Sequence record: OK905446.1 | Direction: 5' to 3' (one strand) | Length of the DNA: 64,000 bases | Shown: positions 45,541-55,020 of the stretch, one piece after another | Layout of the letters: the number at the start of each line of letters is the position of its first letter | Position numbering within the stretch: position 1 is the first letter of the stretch | Made by a program: the position numbers and the translations under genes | Notes under the pieces: generated by a model | The model's input: the letters and a program-made list of their open reading frames with translations, nothing else | The model's database searches: none | Told to the model about the DNA's origin: nothing

Positions 45541-47376
45541 TTAACAGTGTTTAACTCGATTTTGCATTTCTACAGTCTTGCCATGATTCCACCCACGAGC
45601 ACCTGGGTTACCGAGATACCCACAGACACGTCGTGTTACGTGTAGCTTTTCAACGTCACGTTCACCGCAAACAGGACATGAATATCCGTCTGAATCTGCA
45701 TGAGCTTCACCAGACCAACCACAAGTACATTGGTCAATCGGTGTGTTTGTACCGAAATATGCAACTTTACCGTATGCATAATCCCACACACGCTCTAGAC
45801 CTTTTATGTTGTCTCGCATGTTCGGGAATTCAGCGTAGCAGATAAACCCACCATTCGCGTGAATAGGATAAGCTGCTTCGAAGTCGATTTTCTCAAATGG
45901 GTTCACTTTCTTGAACACATCTAAGTGGAACGAGTTGGTGTAGTAATCTTTGTCATTGATGCCAGTAATGATACCGTATTTCTCTTGGTCGAGACGACAG
46001 AAACGATCACACAATGATTCGCTCGGCGTGCTGTACAGACTAAAGCCGTAACCAGTCAGTTCTTTCCATGCGTCAGTATACGCTCTAAGCGTCTCTACAA
46101 TCTTCTCAGCAAGGAATTGCTTGTGCTGTGACTCGAATGTATGCATATCTTTATCAGGCGACAGCAGCGTTACAGCTTCGTGTAGACCGATGTAACCAAG
46201 TGAGATACTTGAACGACCGTGCTTGAATACTTCACTGACTTTATCAGTTGGTTTCAAGCGTACGCCCATTGCGCCTTCACAGTACAGAATCGGCGCAACT
46301 GATGCAGTCACATCGTCAAATCGTTTGATACGCAACATCAATGCTTCGTATGCAAGCGTGCAGCGTTCATGCAGAATTTCAAAGAAACGTTCAGTATCGC
46401 CCGATGCTTCAATTGCAATTCGAGGAATGTTCAACGACACAACACCTAGATTGTTTCGACCATCGAATACAGTTTCACCAGCTTCGTTTTTCCAATCACC
46501 TAAGAATGAACGACATCCCATTGGCGATTTAAACCCACCAGTTGTTTCAACTAATTTGTCATAGTTTAGAATGTCTGGGTACATGCGCTTACTAGCACAC
46601 TCAAGAGCAAGCTTTTTAATGCCGTAGCATGGATCGCCTTCTTTCAAGTTCACGCCGTCTCGCAGTGTGAAAACGAGTTTCGGGAAAATCGCAGTTTTCT
46701 TAGTCTTACCTAAACCTGCAATTCGGTTTTGTAGAATGCACTTCTGAATCAGCTTTTCTTCCCACGATGTACCCAACCCAAAGTTGATTGTCGTGAATGG
46801 AGTCTGACCGTTTGAAGTCTGCATTGTGTTAACTTGATATTCAAAAGTCTGGAATGCGTCGTATGTTTCTTTTTCTACACGCTTACGCGCAAAGATAGCT
46901 GCTTTTGAATCAGAATCTGGGTGTTCTTCTCTACCGATTTCAAGCCACTTGTAATATGACTTACGTACGTACGGTGCTAGAACTTCGTCGATTCGGTTGA
47001 TAGTGTTGCCGCCATAAATGTGGCTGCTTACTTGCTGAATAACTTGAGTCACGATAGTCGCAGCAGTCGCGATACTATTCGGCTCTTCGATTTCAGCATT
47101 ACCCATTTTGAATCCGCCTTCGAACATACCTTTGATGTCGATAAGCATACAGTTGAATTGTGGAAATAGCGGGCTGTAATCTAAGTCGTGAAAATGAATA
47201 TCGCCGTCAACATGAGCGTCTGCAATGTGCTTCGGTAGATAGTCTTCAAGAGCGTATTGTTTAGCTACTGTACCTGCTACCAAGTCACGCATTGTAGGGA
47301 TCACTTTCGAGTCTTTATTGGCATTTTCTTTGTTATTACCCGAACCACTAACAATGTCTAAGATGTCGTCTTTCAT
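45541..47376 (-). CDS. nrdD: Anaerobic ribonucleoside-triphosphate reductase, intron-less
   Basis: HFHDLDY, NCML, MGCRSFL, YTNSFH, RRVCGY. Confidence 0.98.
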   Translation of the reverse strand: MKDDILDIVSGSGNNKENANKDSKVIPTMRDLVAGTVAKQYALEDYLPKHIADAHVDGDIHFHDLDYSPLFPQFNCMLIDIKGMFEGGFKMGNAEIEEPNSIATAATIVTQVIQQVSSHIYGGNTINRIDEVLAPYVRKSYYKWLEIGREEHPDSDSKAAIFARKRVEKETYDAFQTFEYQVNTMQTSNGQTPFTTINFGLGTSWEEKLIQKCILQNRIAGLGKTKKTAIFPKLVFTLRDGVNLKEGDPCYGIKKLALECASKRMYPDILNYDKLVETTGGFKSPMGCRSFLGDWKNEAGETVFDGRNNLGVVSLNIPRIAIEASGDTERFFEILHERCTLAYEALMLRIKRFDDVTASVAPILYCEGAMGVRLKPTDKVSEVFKHGRSSISLGYIGLHEAVTLLSPDKDMHTFESQHKQFLAEKIVETLRAYTDAWKELTGYGFSLYSTPSESLCDRFCRLDQEKYGIITGINDKDYYTNSFHLDVFKKVNPFEKIDFEAAYPIHANGGFICYAEFPNMRDNIKGLERVWDYAYGKVAYFGTNTPIDQCTCGWSGEAHADSDGYSCPVCGERDVEKLHVTRRVCGYLGNPGARGWNHGKTVEMQNRVKHC

Positions 47377-47619
47377 TCATTCCTCTAATTTCTTGTCGAT
47401 GCGAGATAACACACTCACACCCTCGCCTAAGCATTCACCATTGTAAAACGCTATCGGATGGGCAATATAACCTTCGTCTTCAGCAATCTTCTGAAGAATC
47501 ACATAGCGTTCACTCGGAACAAATGCATCATAAAATGTGTACTTAATGTCTCGCTTGTCTAACGTGTCGCAGACTTTACGACACGCAAGACAAAACTTAG
47601 ACCCAATGATCTCTACCAA
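47377..47619 (-). CDS. Glutaredoxin-like protein
   Basis: IIGSKFCLAC (CxxC), next to nrdD. Confidence 0.75.
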   Translation of the reverse strand: MVEIIGSKFCLACRKVCDTLDKRDIKYTFYDAFVPSERYVILQKIAEDEGYIAHPIAFYNGECLGEGVSVLSRIDKKLEE

Positions 47620-49013
47620 TTTACCGCCTCTGTTTTTGTCGCCGATTCTTTCTTCTGCGAGAAAGGAGACGCCGATTTCGCTTGAGACTGAGCAGGCGCT
47701 GAATAATTCGCTGTACCATCAATATCACCCCATCGTTGTTTGCCTTTGTTAACAGCAATCATAAATGTTTGGTCTTGATTTCGGTCAGCATAACGCGACT
47801 TGATTTGCTTCACTCGTTGTTGCCCGAGCGCGACAGTTTCTTCAGTTTCCATAATACCGAGAATCAAGTCAGCGGTATGTGCAAGACCAGCAGATTCAGC
47901 AATATCACCCATTCCCATGTCGCTTGCATCCCATGCGTTACGTGTAGTCTGAGCAGCAGACCAAACAGCTACGTTATGCTCAACAGCAAAACCACGAATT
48001 TCTTCCGCGATTGCTTTAACATGAACGTATGTGTTCTCTGAACTACTTACACGCGAACTCGCACAGATACCTAGGTAATCGACGATTACAATGTCAGGGA
48101 TAACGTTCTTCTTCGTACGTAGCTCGTTCATGAGCGTGTTGAAGTGAGTTACGTTAGCACCAGCCGTCGGGAACTGCTTGATGAATAGCTTACCTTGAGT
48201 TTTCTTCTCAAGATTCTGAATCTTATTGCCGTATGTTTTTTCAGTAATAGTATCGAAATCGTCCATACTGATGTCCATTAAGTTGGCATCAATACGCTTC
48301 GATACTGCCGCTTCACTCATTTCCATACTGATGTACAGAACGTTGTAGCCTTGTAGAAGATACTCAGTTGCTAAGTGACACAATGCAAGTGACTTACCAA
48401 CGTTAGAACCCGCTAGAAGAAGGTTCAGCGTACTTCTCTCAACACCACCTTGAGTGATCTTGTTAAGAATGTTCATTTTGAACGGGAGTTTCGATGCTTT
48501 CTCAATATAAGACTTGTATCGAGGTTCCCAGTCTTCAAAGTAGTCGTGACCGACCGACGTATCAAAGCACACGTTTAGCGCGTCTCGCATAAGCTCAGGA
48601 ATCGCACCAAGTGACTTAATACGCTTGTTTTGTTGATCAAGTGGCTTTGCTGCGTTTTCTTGAATCGCTAGAGATTCGCTAAGGGCGTTGAAAACACTTT
48701 GTTCAATACAAAACTGTTCAGTCGTATCAATGAGCCAACGTAAATCGTGACTCGGATGTGGTTCTAGTTCGTTTATTGTTTGCTGTATTTCCGCATAGTC
48801 ATATTCACTAATGCCGTTAAGAGATTCAAGACATACTTTCAGAACTTCAGGCGTTGCACGTCGCTTATACTCATCCGCGTGATTCTTTATCATCATGAAA
48901 ATGTGCTGATGTGCCGCAGACTGAAAATACTCTTTCTTTAAATGCGGGATTACGGTAGCAAAGTACTCTTGATTTTCGATAAGATTTGAGAAAATCGACT
49001 TCTCGATTTGCAT
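47613..49013 (-). CDS. 41: Replicative DNA helicase
   Basis: AGSNVGKS, YISMEM, IVDYLGI, ESAGLAHTAD. Confidence 0.98.
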   Translation of the reverse strand: MQIEKSIFSNLIENQEYFATVIPHLKKEYFQSAAHQHIFMMIKNHADEYKRRATPEVLKVCLESLNGISEYDYAEIQQTINELEPHPSHDLRWLIDTTEQFCIEQSVFNALSESLAIQENAAKPLDQQNKRIKSLGAIPELMRDALNVCFDTSVGHDYFEDWEPRYKSYIEKASKLPFKMNILNKITQGGVERSTLNLLLAGSNVGKSLALCHLATEYLLQGYNVLYISMEMSEAAVSKRIDANLMDISMDDFDTITEKTYGNKIQNLEKKTQGKLFIKQFPTAGANVTHFNTLMNELRTKKNVIPDIVIVDYLGICASSRVSSSENTYVHVKAIAEEIRGFAVEHNVAVWSAAQTTRNAWDASDMGMGDIAESAGLAHTADLILGIMETEETVALGQQRVKQIKSRYADRNQDQTFMIAVNKGKQRWGDIDGTANYSAPAQSQAKSASPFSQKKESATKTEAVNW

Positions 49014-49252
49014 TTTTGTTCTACCCCGTTTCGTTTTTGTTCTTCACTAATAAGTTTCATAATACATGCCTCAACATGCGGACGAATTTGTTCTTCACGG
49101 TCTGGATGTTGAGTAACAAATTCAATTTTGAGTCTCCCGCTATTATCTACTAGAATGTCAGTGATATAAACTTCAATATCATCAATCATGATACTAAATT
49201 TGACACGCTCGTTTAATTCAGTAAGCATTGTGCTTATTTGGGATGGATTCAT
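48950..49252 (-). CDS. 40: Head assembly chaperone gp40-like
   Basis: VYITD...LKIEF...HVEACI; position between uvsX and gene 41. Confidence 0.7.
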   Translation of the reverse strand: MNPSQISTMLTELNERVKFSIMIDDIEVYITDILVDNSGRLKIEFVTQHPDREEQIRPHVEACIMKLISEEQKRNGVEQKCKSRSRFSQILSKIKSTLLP

Positions 49253-49310
49253 AATTTTGCGTCCTAAAAGGTTAAAAGACCCGCTGACAGAATCAACGGG
49301 TCTTGGGGTA

Positions 49311-50411
49311 TTAGTCGAACAGGCTATCAACTTCGCCAAACAGTTCAGATTCGTCTAGCTGACCTAGGCAGTAGATGCGTTTCACGCCTTCTTTGAACGT
49401 TGGTGCGTTGATGATTTCTTTCCAGAATGAGATAGTTTGAGTTTCTTTCGCACGGTATTTCTTCTCTTCGATGATCATTTCACCCGTTTCTTCATCAACC
49501 ATAGCACGCTGATACCAGCCATTCGATGGTTTGACTACGTGACCAGTTTGAAGAGCAATATCGAGCAGACCAGAGAACGGGTCAATACCGTTTTCATAAG
49601 TTACAGTCAGTGGGACTTTCATCTTCTCTTTCACGAATCGAGACTTCTCAATGTTCATGATAAAGTGATAACCGATGATCTCTTTGCCGTCTTTCTCTTG
49701 CTGTTTGCCAAGAATGATTACCGTATCAGCAGAGTACATAATACCTGTACCACCCGACATTACAGTTTTCGAGTAGATTTCTTGAGTCTGATACGTGTGG
49801 TTGATAGCAATACAAGGAATGTCTAGCATTGTGAAATACGGCGTGATGATACGGAACAGTGATTTCAACTGCTTCGCACGCGACATATCAGCAACCGACT
49901 TCTCGTTTTGAGCGTCGTCGATTTCTTTAGCTGATGCTACGTTACCAACCGAGTCGATGAAGAACACAACACGATCTGGCTCGTCACCTGCTTTCTTAGC
50001 ACGCTTACGCTCTGCAAGGTCTTTAAGTTGATTAGCCATTTCGAACTTCATACGCTCAACGCTCTCACATTGTATATGAAGAACACGGTCTGGGTCAACC
50101 CCTTGTGAACGTAAATATGACGGTGTGATACCGAATTCAGTATCAATAAACACACAAATCGCTTCAGGGTACTTCTTCAGATAAGCAGCAACGCCGACTA
50201 AACCTAAGTTTGATTTAAAGTGCTTAGACGGACCCGCCAGAACTGTCAAGCCTGAAGTTAAGCCACCATCTACTTCACCACTGAATGCAATGTTAATCGC
50301 AGGTACATACGTACGAGTGTGGTCTTTGTCAAACATAAACTTACTTTCTGATAGAACTTGAGCATAACCAGAAGTGCTTGACTTTTTCAGTGATTTCATT
50401 AAATCTGACAT
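49311..50411 (-). CDS. uvsX: RecA-like recombinase
   Basis: AGPSKHFKS, IDTEFG, IDSVGN, DMSRAK, SGGTG. Confidence 0.98.
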   Translation of the reverse strand: MSDLMKSLKKSSTSGYAQVLSESKFMFDKDHTRTYVPAINIAFSGEVDGGLTSGLTVLAGPSKHFKSNLGLVGVAAYLKKYPEAICVFIDTEFGITPSYLRSQGVDPDRVLHIQCESVERMKFEMANQLKDLAERKRAKKAGDEPDRVVFFIDSVGNVASAKEIDDAQNEKSVADMSRAKQLKSLFRIITPYFTMLDIPCIAINHTYQTQEIYSKTVMSGGTGIMYSADTVIILGKQQEKDGKEIIGYHFIMNIEKSRFVKEKMKVPLTVTYENGIDPFSGLLDIALQTGHVVKPSNGWYQRAMVDEETGEMIIEEKKYRAKETQTISFWKEIINAPTFKEGVKRIYCLGQLDESELFGEVDSLFD

Positions 50412-50478
50412 TATTTTACCTTTTAAACTAAGAAAGGAGCAGCATTTGCCACCCCTTTAAATTACAACAGAGACTATA

Positions 50479-51219
50479 TTAGCCTTTCTTCACAGTTTTG
50501 CGCGTGCGTTTTGGCTTCGGCTTCTCGACGATTTCAATCTCTTCTTCGAACTCATCAAGATCTTCATCTTCAGCTTCTTGTAGCTCACGTAGCTTTTCAG
50601 CAACACGCTCGGCAATTTGCTCTTCAAGTTGAGCTTCAATATCACCCGCGATTTTTTCTTCAGCTTCTTTAATGTCAGCTTCGAACTTCTGAGACATCAA
50701 TTGAAGACGCTCAGTAACTTCGTCAGGCGTCAACCACAAGTCTTGGTTATGGTTGATGATCATGTCGATTTCGTCAGCGTCGAAGAACGGATCGTAAAGC
50801 AGACCACATACGCGGTTCAAGTGCTCTTCATGTGCTTTCGCTTGCTTCAGCGTATCAGGCATTTTACCGATTTGACCGCCACTTGAAGTATGGAACATGA
50901 ACGTTGAAAACGGTGATACATGCCAGCCATTACAAGCAAGGAAAATCATAGTACCTGCGCTGCATACTTCACCCTCAGCACATGCAACAACTGCACCCGC
51001 TTTAGATTGCATAATCGCATCACAGATTTGACAAGCCGCAGCAAAGTTACCGCCAGGCGTGTTCAAGTGCAGATAAATGATGTCAGTTTCAGAAGCAGTG
51101 TGAAGAATTTGAAGCATTTCGTTGTAATCTTCTGGCTCTTCAATCACACCGTTGATGTAGAAATCATGACGAACTGAACCCGCGCCTGCGTACCATCCAA
51201 TGTTATTCTTAAAAATCAT
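50479..51219 (-). CDS. ClpP-like serine protease
   Basis: LHLNTPGG, VCSAGT (Ser), FMFH (His); acidic then basic C-terminal tail. Confidence 0.85.
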   Translation of the reverse strand: MIFKNNIGWYAGAGSVRHDFYINGVIEEPEDYNEMLQILHTASETDIIYLHLNTPGGNFAAACQICDAIMQSKAGAVVACAEGEVCSAGTMIFLACNGWHVSPFSTFMFHTSSGGQIGKMPDTLKQAKAHEEHLNRVCGLLYDPFFDADEIDMIINHNQDLWLTPDEVTERLQLMSQKFEADIKEAEEKIAGDIEAQLEEQIAERVAEKLRELQEAEDEDLDEFEEEIEIVEKPKPKRTRKTVKKG

Positions 51220-51767
51220 AAGTCACCCTTTGTTAACTTGTCGATGAATATCATTGAACCATTCTCGCATTCAATGACATTCTGCTTTTCCGCGTGTGGG
51301 AAATGCATGAAAATTTTAGTTAAGTCAATCGCAACGTCGTACGCTTCGATTTTCTCAGCTATCGTAGTTTTATATATGCAGTCTGCAAAAGGCAATGCAG
51401 ACTCGATAACACTAGGGCCACCGATAACACTTATTTTATCAAAACCTTCGATAAGATAAACATTTTCAATGTAGGTAATTAACTTTTCGAAGTCATCACA
51501 GCTACAATAGACATCGGCGCGTTGACCGTTCTTAGCTGTAACGTCACTGTGCAGCTTGCTAGTAAGCACAATATGAGGTCGATTGGGAAGTTTACCCGGT
51601 AGTGATTCGAAGGTCTTAGAACCCATCACAAGCACGCTATTCATGGTCGTGGCTTTGAAATGTGCTAAGTCTTCTTTGTTGTGATTCCAAGGGAGTGCGT
51701 TTTGATTACCGAAAGGGGCGTGTGGCGACTTGCTCATGGCGTGCGCAAAAACGATTTGAACTTTCAT
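51216..51767 (-). CDS. frd: Dihydrofolate reductase
   Basis: LPW...EDLAHFK, MGSKTFESLP..LPNR, IGG. Confidence 0.93.
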   Translation of the reverse strand: MKVQIVFAHAMSKSPHAPFGNQNALPWNHNKEDLAHFKATTMNSVLVMGSKTFESLPGKLPNRPHIVLTSKLHSDVTAKNGQRADVYCSCDDFEKLITYIENVYLIEGFDKISVIGGPSVIESALPFADCIYKTTIAEKIEAYDVAIDLTKIFMHFPHAEKQNVIECENGSMIFIDKLTKGDL

Positions 51768-51817
51768 TTAGTCTCCTATAGAGAGAACAAAGGGGCTTTT
51801 CAGCCCCTTACCATTCA

Positions 51818-52729
51818 TTAATCGTCGCCTAGCTCTAGGTCAGCCAATAGCGCGTCTAGCTCGTCGTCAACAGAGTCAGTAACTGGCTCTGGATCAACCG
51901 CTACAGATGCAGTTGGCTTAGCAGCAGCTTTTGGAGCGTTTGCTTGAGCAGGTACAGAAGTGTTCAGTTGCGCTTCAAGGTTTTGAGCAGCAGATGCTTT
52001 TGGCTGTGCCGCACCTGTTACTTGCAAGAAACGTTTCTGTAGGTCAGCCTCTGATTTGAAAGCTGATGGTGCAATGATTGCGTTTAGATCGTGCATTGCG
52101 TCCCAAACTTCTTTCAGTTTGCCTTCGTCACCGTTGTATAGCTCAGTGCTTGGGCCGAACTTAGAGTCGTCGTAGTTAGGGAAACCAGATACTTTCTTAG
52201 CTTTCAAGCTGAAGTTAGCACCGTCGAACACACATGTTACGTCCATGCCCGGTACACCTAGATCTTCGTCTGCTTGAGCAGCTTGAGTGATCTTGTCAAG
52301 AATTTTCTTACCGAAGCGGTATTTGAAAACTTTGCCTTCATTTTCTGGCGCAGCTTCATCTTTGATTACGATGATGTTAGCCCAGTATGAAAGAGTACGC
52401 TTGCGTTTACGTGCAATGTTTTGATTGTCTTCGTTCTCAGTTTTCCAAAGTTCGCCGTTAGCTGCACAGCAAGGACATGGAAGATCGATAGTCGATGGAC
52501 AGTTTTCGATGTACCAGTTGCCGTTTTCTTTGAAACCGTGAGTGAAGATTTTTACGAATGGTAGGTCGTCTTCGCCTTTTGCAGGAAGGAAGCGAATCAC
52601 AGCAGCACCATTGCCTAGTTTGTCAGTGGATAGTTTCCACTCGTCAGCATTGTCAAAAGATTTTTTGCTTGACATTTGCTCTAGTTTTTCTTGAAGTTGT
52701 GCTGGAGATTTGCGTTTGAACATAGACAT
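51818..52729 (-). CDS. 32: Single-stranded DNA-binding protein
   Basis: MFKRKSPAQL, IRFLP, HGFK, ENCPST...CPCC, acidic tail DDELDALL. Confidence 0.98.
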   Translation of the reverse strand: MSMFKRKSPAQLQEKLEQMSSKKSFDNADEWKLSTDKLGNGAAVIRFLPAKGEDDLPFVKIFTHGFKENGNWYIENCPSTIDLPCPCCAANGELWKTENEDNQNIARKRKRTLSYWANIIVIKDEAAPENEGKVFKYRFGKKILDKITQAAQADEDLGVPGMDVTCVFDGANFSLKAKKVSGFPNYDDSKFGPSTELYNGDEGKLKEVWDAMHDLNAIIAPSAFKSEADLQKRFLQVTGAAQPKASAAQNLEAQLNTSVPAQANAPKAAAKPTASVAVDPEPVTDSVDDELDALLADLELGDD

Positions 52730-52779
52730 ATTGTATTTTACCTTGTATTGTATAGTATGATATAGTATCGTTTTTGTGT

Positions 52780-53430
52780 TTATATTTTACTTTGATTTTT
52801 TACTTGAATAAACAAATCTTTCGCAAGTTCTTCGTCGATTTTCAGCAACTTATCGTATGCTAAAGCTCGTGTTTTGAACTCGTGCCAAAAGATGTCATCA
52901 CTGTAGCTCTTGTCGATTACAGGGACGAAATTTAAAAGTCTATTCAGAATCACGAACGTCTCAATTGAGATAGTGTTTCGTAATACGAGTTGCATTATAA
53001 CTGGATGCCCCTCACCTCTAAACAAATCTTTAAATTTTTTGTTCTCTTTATTTATAAGAGTAAAAATCGAAAGTAGCTCATTTTTGTAGTGTTGACTGTA
53101 AATTTCCATAAATCCAGTATGTTTCAACCAAAATTCATGAGCGTCAGCACCTGCTATTTCATACGAGATAGCATTAGGGTTAGCTGCTAAGTTGCTCACA
53201 AGCAACTGATAGCATTCGTTCAATGTTAGCCGCTTGGCTAGCCGTTCAAAAAACACCTTATCTGAACGCTTCTCGAACGCAGACCTAGGTGTTTTCATCC
53301 CGAGTTTGTACTTGGAGATGTCGTACTTACCACCCATGTGCGCTTTTACTGCACAATAGACGCGAAATACGCTATATCCATTTACCCAAGTCCGAGGAAG
53401 AACCAAATCGACTTCTAATAGTCTTTTCAT
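52780..53430 (-). CDS. 59: Helicase loader
   Basis: NGYSVFRVYCAVKAH..GKYD...FEKRSD; synteny. Confidence 0.93.
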   Translation of the reverse strand: MKRLLEVDLVLPRTWVNGYSVFRVYCAVKAHMGGKYDISKYKLGMKTPRSAFEKRSDKVFFERLAKRLTLNECYQLLVSNLAANPNAISYEIAGADAHEFWLKHTGFMEIYSQHYKNELLSIFTLINKENKKFKDLFRGEGHPVIMQLVLRNTISIETFVILNRLLNFVPVIDKSYSDDIFWHEFKTRALAYDKLLKIDEELAKDLFIQVKNQSKI

Positions 53431-53665
53431 TTATCGCCTCAGTCTCAATCTTGTCTCGCAGTGTCTGATTAATCAGAAACGGGAATCGACTGATGTCGTA
53501 ATCGTATTGCTCGATAAAGAACAGACACGCTTCAAGATAGGTCATGGCAGGACAGCTATTGTAGATTGATTCAATCTCCAACGAAATTTGCTGTCTAAGG
53601 CTGCCTTTAATAGGCGGCACTAAATCGCCAAGCTCTTCTTTAAGAACGTAGTCTTCACTCTTCAT
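53372..53665 (-). CDS. 33: Late transcription coactivator
   Basis: IE..Y.....TYLEA...FIE...LRDKIETEAI; synteny. Confidence 0.85.
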   Translation of the reverse strand: MKSEDYVLKEELGDLVPPIKGSLRQQISLEIESIYNSCPAMTYLEACLFFIEQYDYDISRFPFLINQTLRDKIETEAINEKTIRSRFGSSSDLGKWI

Positions 53666-53927
53666 CAAATAGCTTCTCGTATAGATTATCAACTTTCTCG
53701 TGCTTCGCCTGTTCTTCTTGGCGATTCTGCTTGTGATACATCTTCACAACTTTGTTGAAATCAGCAGGTTTGATTTCGAATTCTTCTTTTGCACGATTCG
53801 CAATGTCTTTCATTAGGTCACGCTCAGAATCAATGCGAAGCAAAGACGCAGAAGCTTCTTTAACCATGTTAACTACTTCTTGCTTGTCTTGTGGAGTTGA
53901 AATTGTTTCGTATTCAAGAATGTCCAT
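53655..53927 (-). CDS. dsbA: dsDNA-binding protein
   Basis: KDIANRAKEEF...FNKVVKMYHKQ; synteny. Confidence 0.9.
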   Translation of the reverse strand: MDILEYETISTPQDKQEVVNMVKEASASLLRIDSERDLMKDIANRAKEEFEIKPADFNKVVKMYHKQNRQEEQAKHEKVDNLYEKLFDEE

Positions 53928-53962
53928 CGTTACCTCAATATGTTTTGTTCAATGTCGTTGTT

Positions 53963-54002
53963 TCGTGCTGCTCATTATACAGCAGCACGAGTTGTTCTAA
54001 AC
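53963..54002 (-). promoter_or_regulatory. Promoter GTTTAG-17-TATAAT for dsbA, -10 in the loop of a perfect 10-bp inverted repeat
   Basis: TCGTGCTGCT-CATTATAC-AGCAGCACGA. Confidence 0.75.
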
Positions 54003-54009
54003 AGTTTTT

Positions 54010-54942
54010 TTAAAATTCGCTCATGCTCTCAATCAGTTTATCTAACTTCTTAGAAGCGAAATACATCATGATTTTACTGCGCGGTGCAGGCTTTTGCGTT
54101 TCAAATTGTTCGATAATACTATCACTGATATTCTTAGGAATAAACGCGAAATCTAACAATTTTCTGTTTTCTTCGTAACGAGCAAATTGCTCGTCAGTAA
54201 GAAGAGTTTTAAGCTCTTCTGGCGTAGAAGTCATAAGCGTGCGAAGCTCTTCTTTACGAACAGACGGCGCACGACGACCATCACCATGTGTATAGTGATC
54301 ATTTGGCGCTTTCATCGGTGCAACGCCATCTTTCTTATCGCCTTTGATGCACTTGAACATGATGTCCATTTCTGGCGAACCATGTTTTGGTTTTACCCAC
54401 TTCTTCTGAATTGGCGACCACTGTGACACAAGCTTGCTAGTGTGCAACTGAGTAAAGTCACCGTCTGAAGACGTGATTAAAACAGGTACGTTTTTACTTA
54501 CGTAATAGTTAGTCAACACACCAATATGGTCATCGGCTTCGACGCCTTCAATGTCCATAACGAAATACGGCATATTCTGCTTAATTTCTTCTTTGATTGT
54601 TGCCATTGCTTCGAAAATGGTGTCAAAATCCCACCCAGATTCGTCACGCTGCTCACTACGCTTGTATTTGTAATACCACGCTTCTTTCTTACGCCAATAA
54701 CCGCCTTTGCCGTTATCAATACACAAGATAATACGCGGGTATTTAATCTTGTTCTTTAATACGTTACTACGCAACGTGTTCAGAACGATGTGTCGAATCA
54801 AATCGACGGTAAGTAAATCAGTCGGCTTATACGTCGCCATGATTGTACTCAAAACAATCTGACTAAAGTCAACGAGATTAACCCCCGCTGGTAAGCCGTC
54901 AAACGATTTTGTCTTTCGTTTGAAGAAACCCTCTAAACTCAT
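54010..54942 (-). CDS. rnh: RNase H / 5'-3' exonuclease (FEN family)
   Basis: LVDFSQI, YWR, EADDHIG, SSDGDF, IKGDKKDG. Confidence 0.97.
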   Translation of the reverse strand: MSLEGFFKRKTKSFDGLPAGVNLVDFSQIVLSTIMATYKPTDLLTVDLIRHIVLNTLRSNVLKNKIKYPRIILCIDNGKGGYWRKKEAWYYKYKRSEQRDESGWDFDTIFEAMATIKEEIKQNMPYFVMDIEGVEADDHIGVLTNYYVSKNVPVLITSSDGDFTQLHTSKLVSQWSPIQKKWVKPKHGSPEMDIMFKCIKGDKKDGVAPMKAPNDHYTHGDGRRAPSVRKEELRTLMTSTPEELKTLLTDEQFARYEENRKLLDFAFIPKNISDSIIEQFETQKPAPRSKIMMYFASKKLDKLIESMSEF

Positions 54943-54972
54943 GTGCCGTTTCCTATGTGTTTATATCGTGTG

Positions 54973-54980
54973 TCTAAATA
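54973..54980 (+). promoter_or_regulatory. Putative late promoter TCTAAATA for the tail-fibre genes
   Basis: One mismatch to consensus, 40 bp upstream of gene 34. Confidence 0.65.
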
Positions 54981-55020
54981 TAACATAGCGAATTGCATAT
55001 CTAAACAAAGGAGCAATGAA

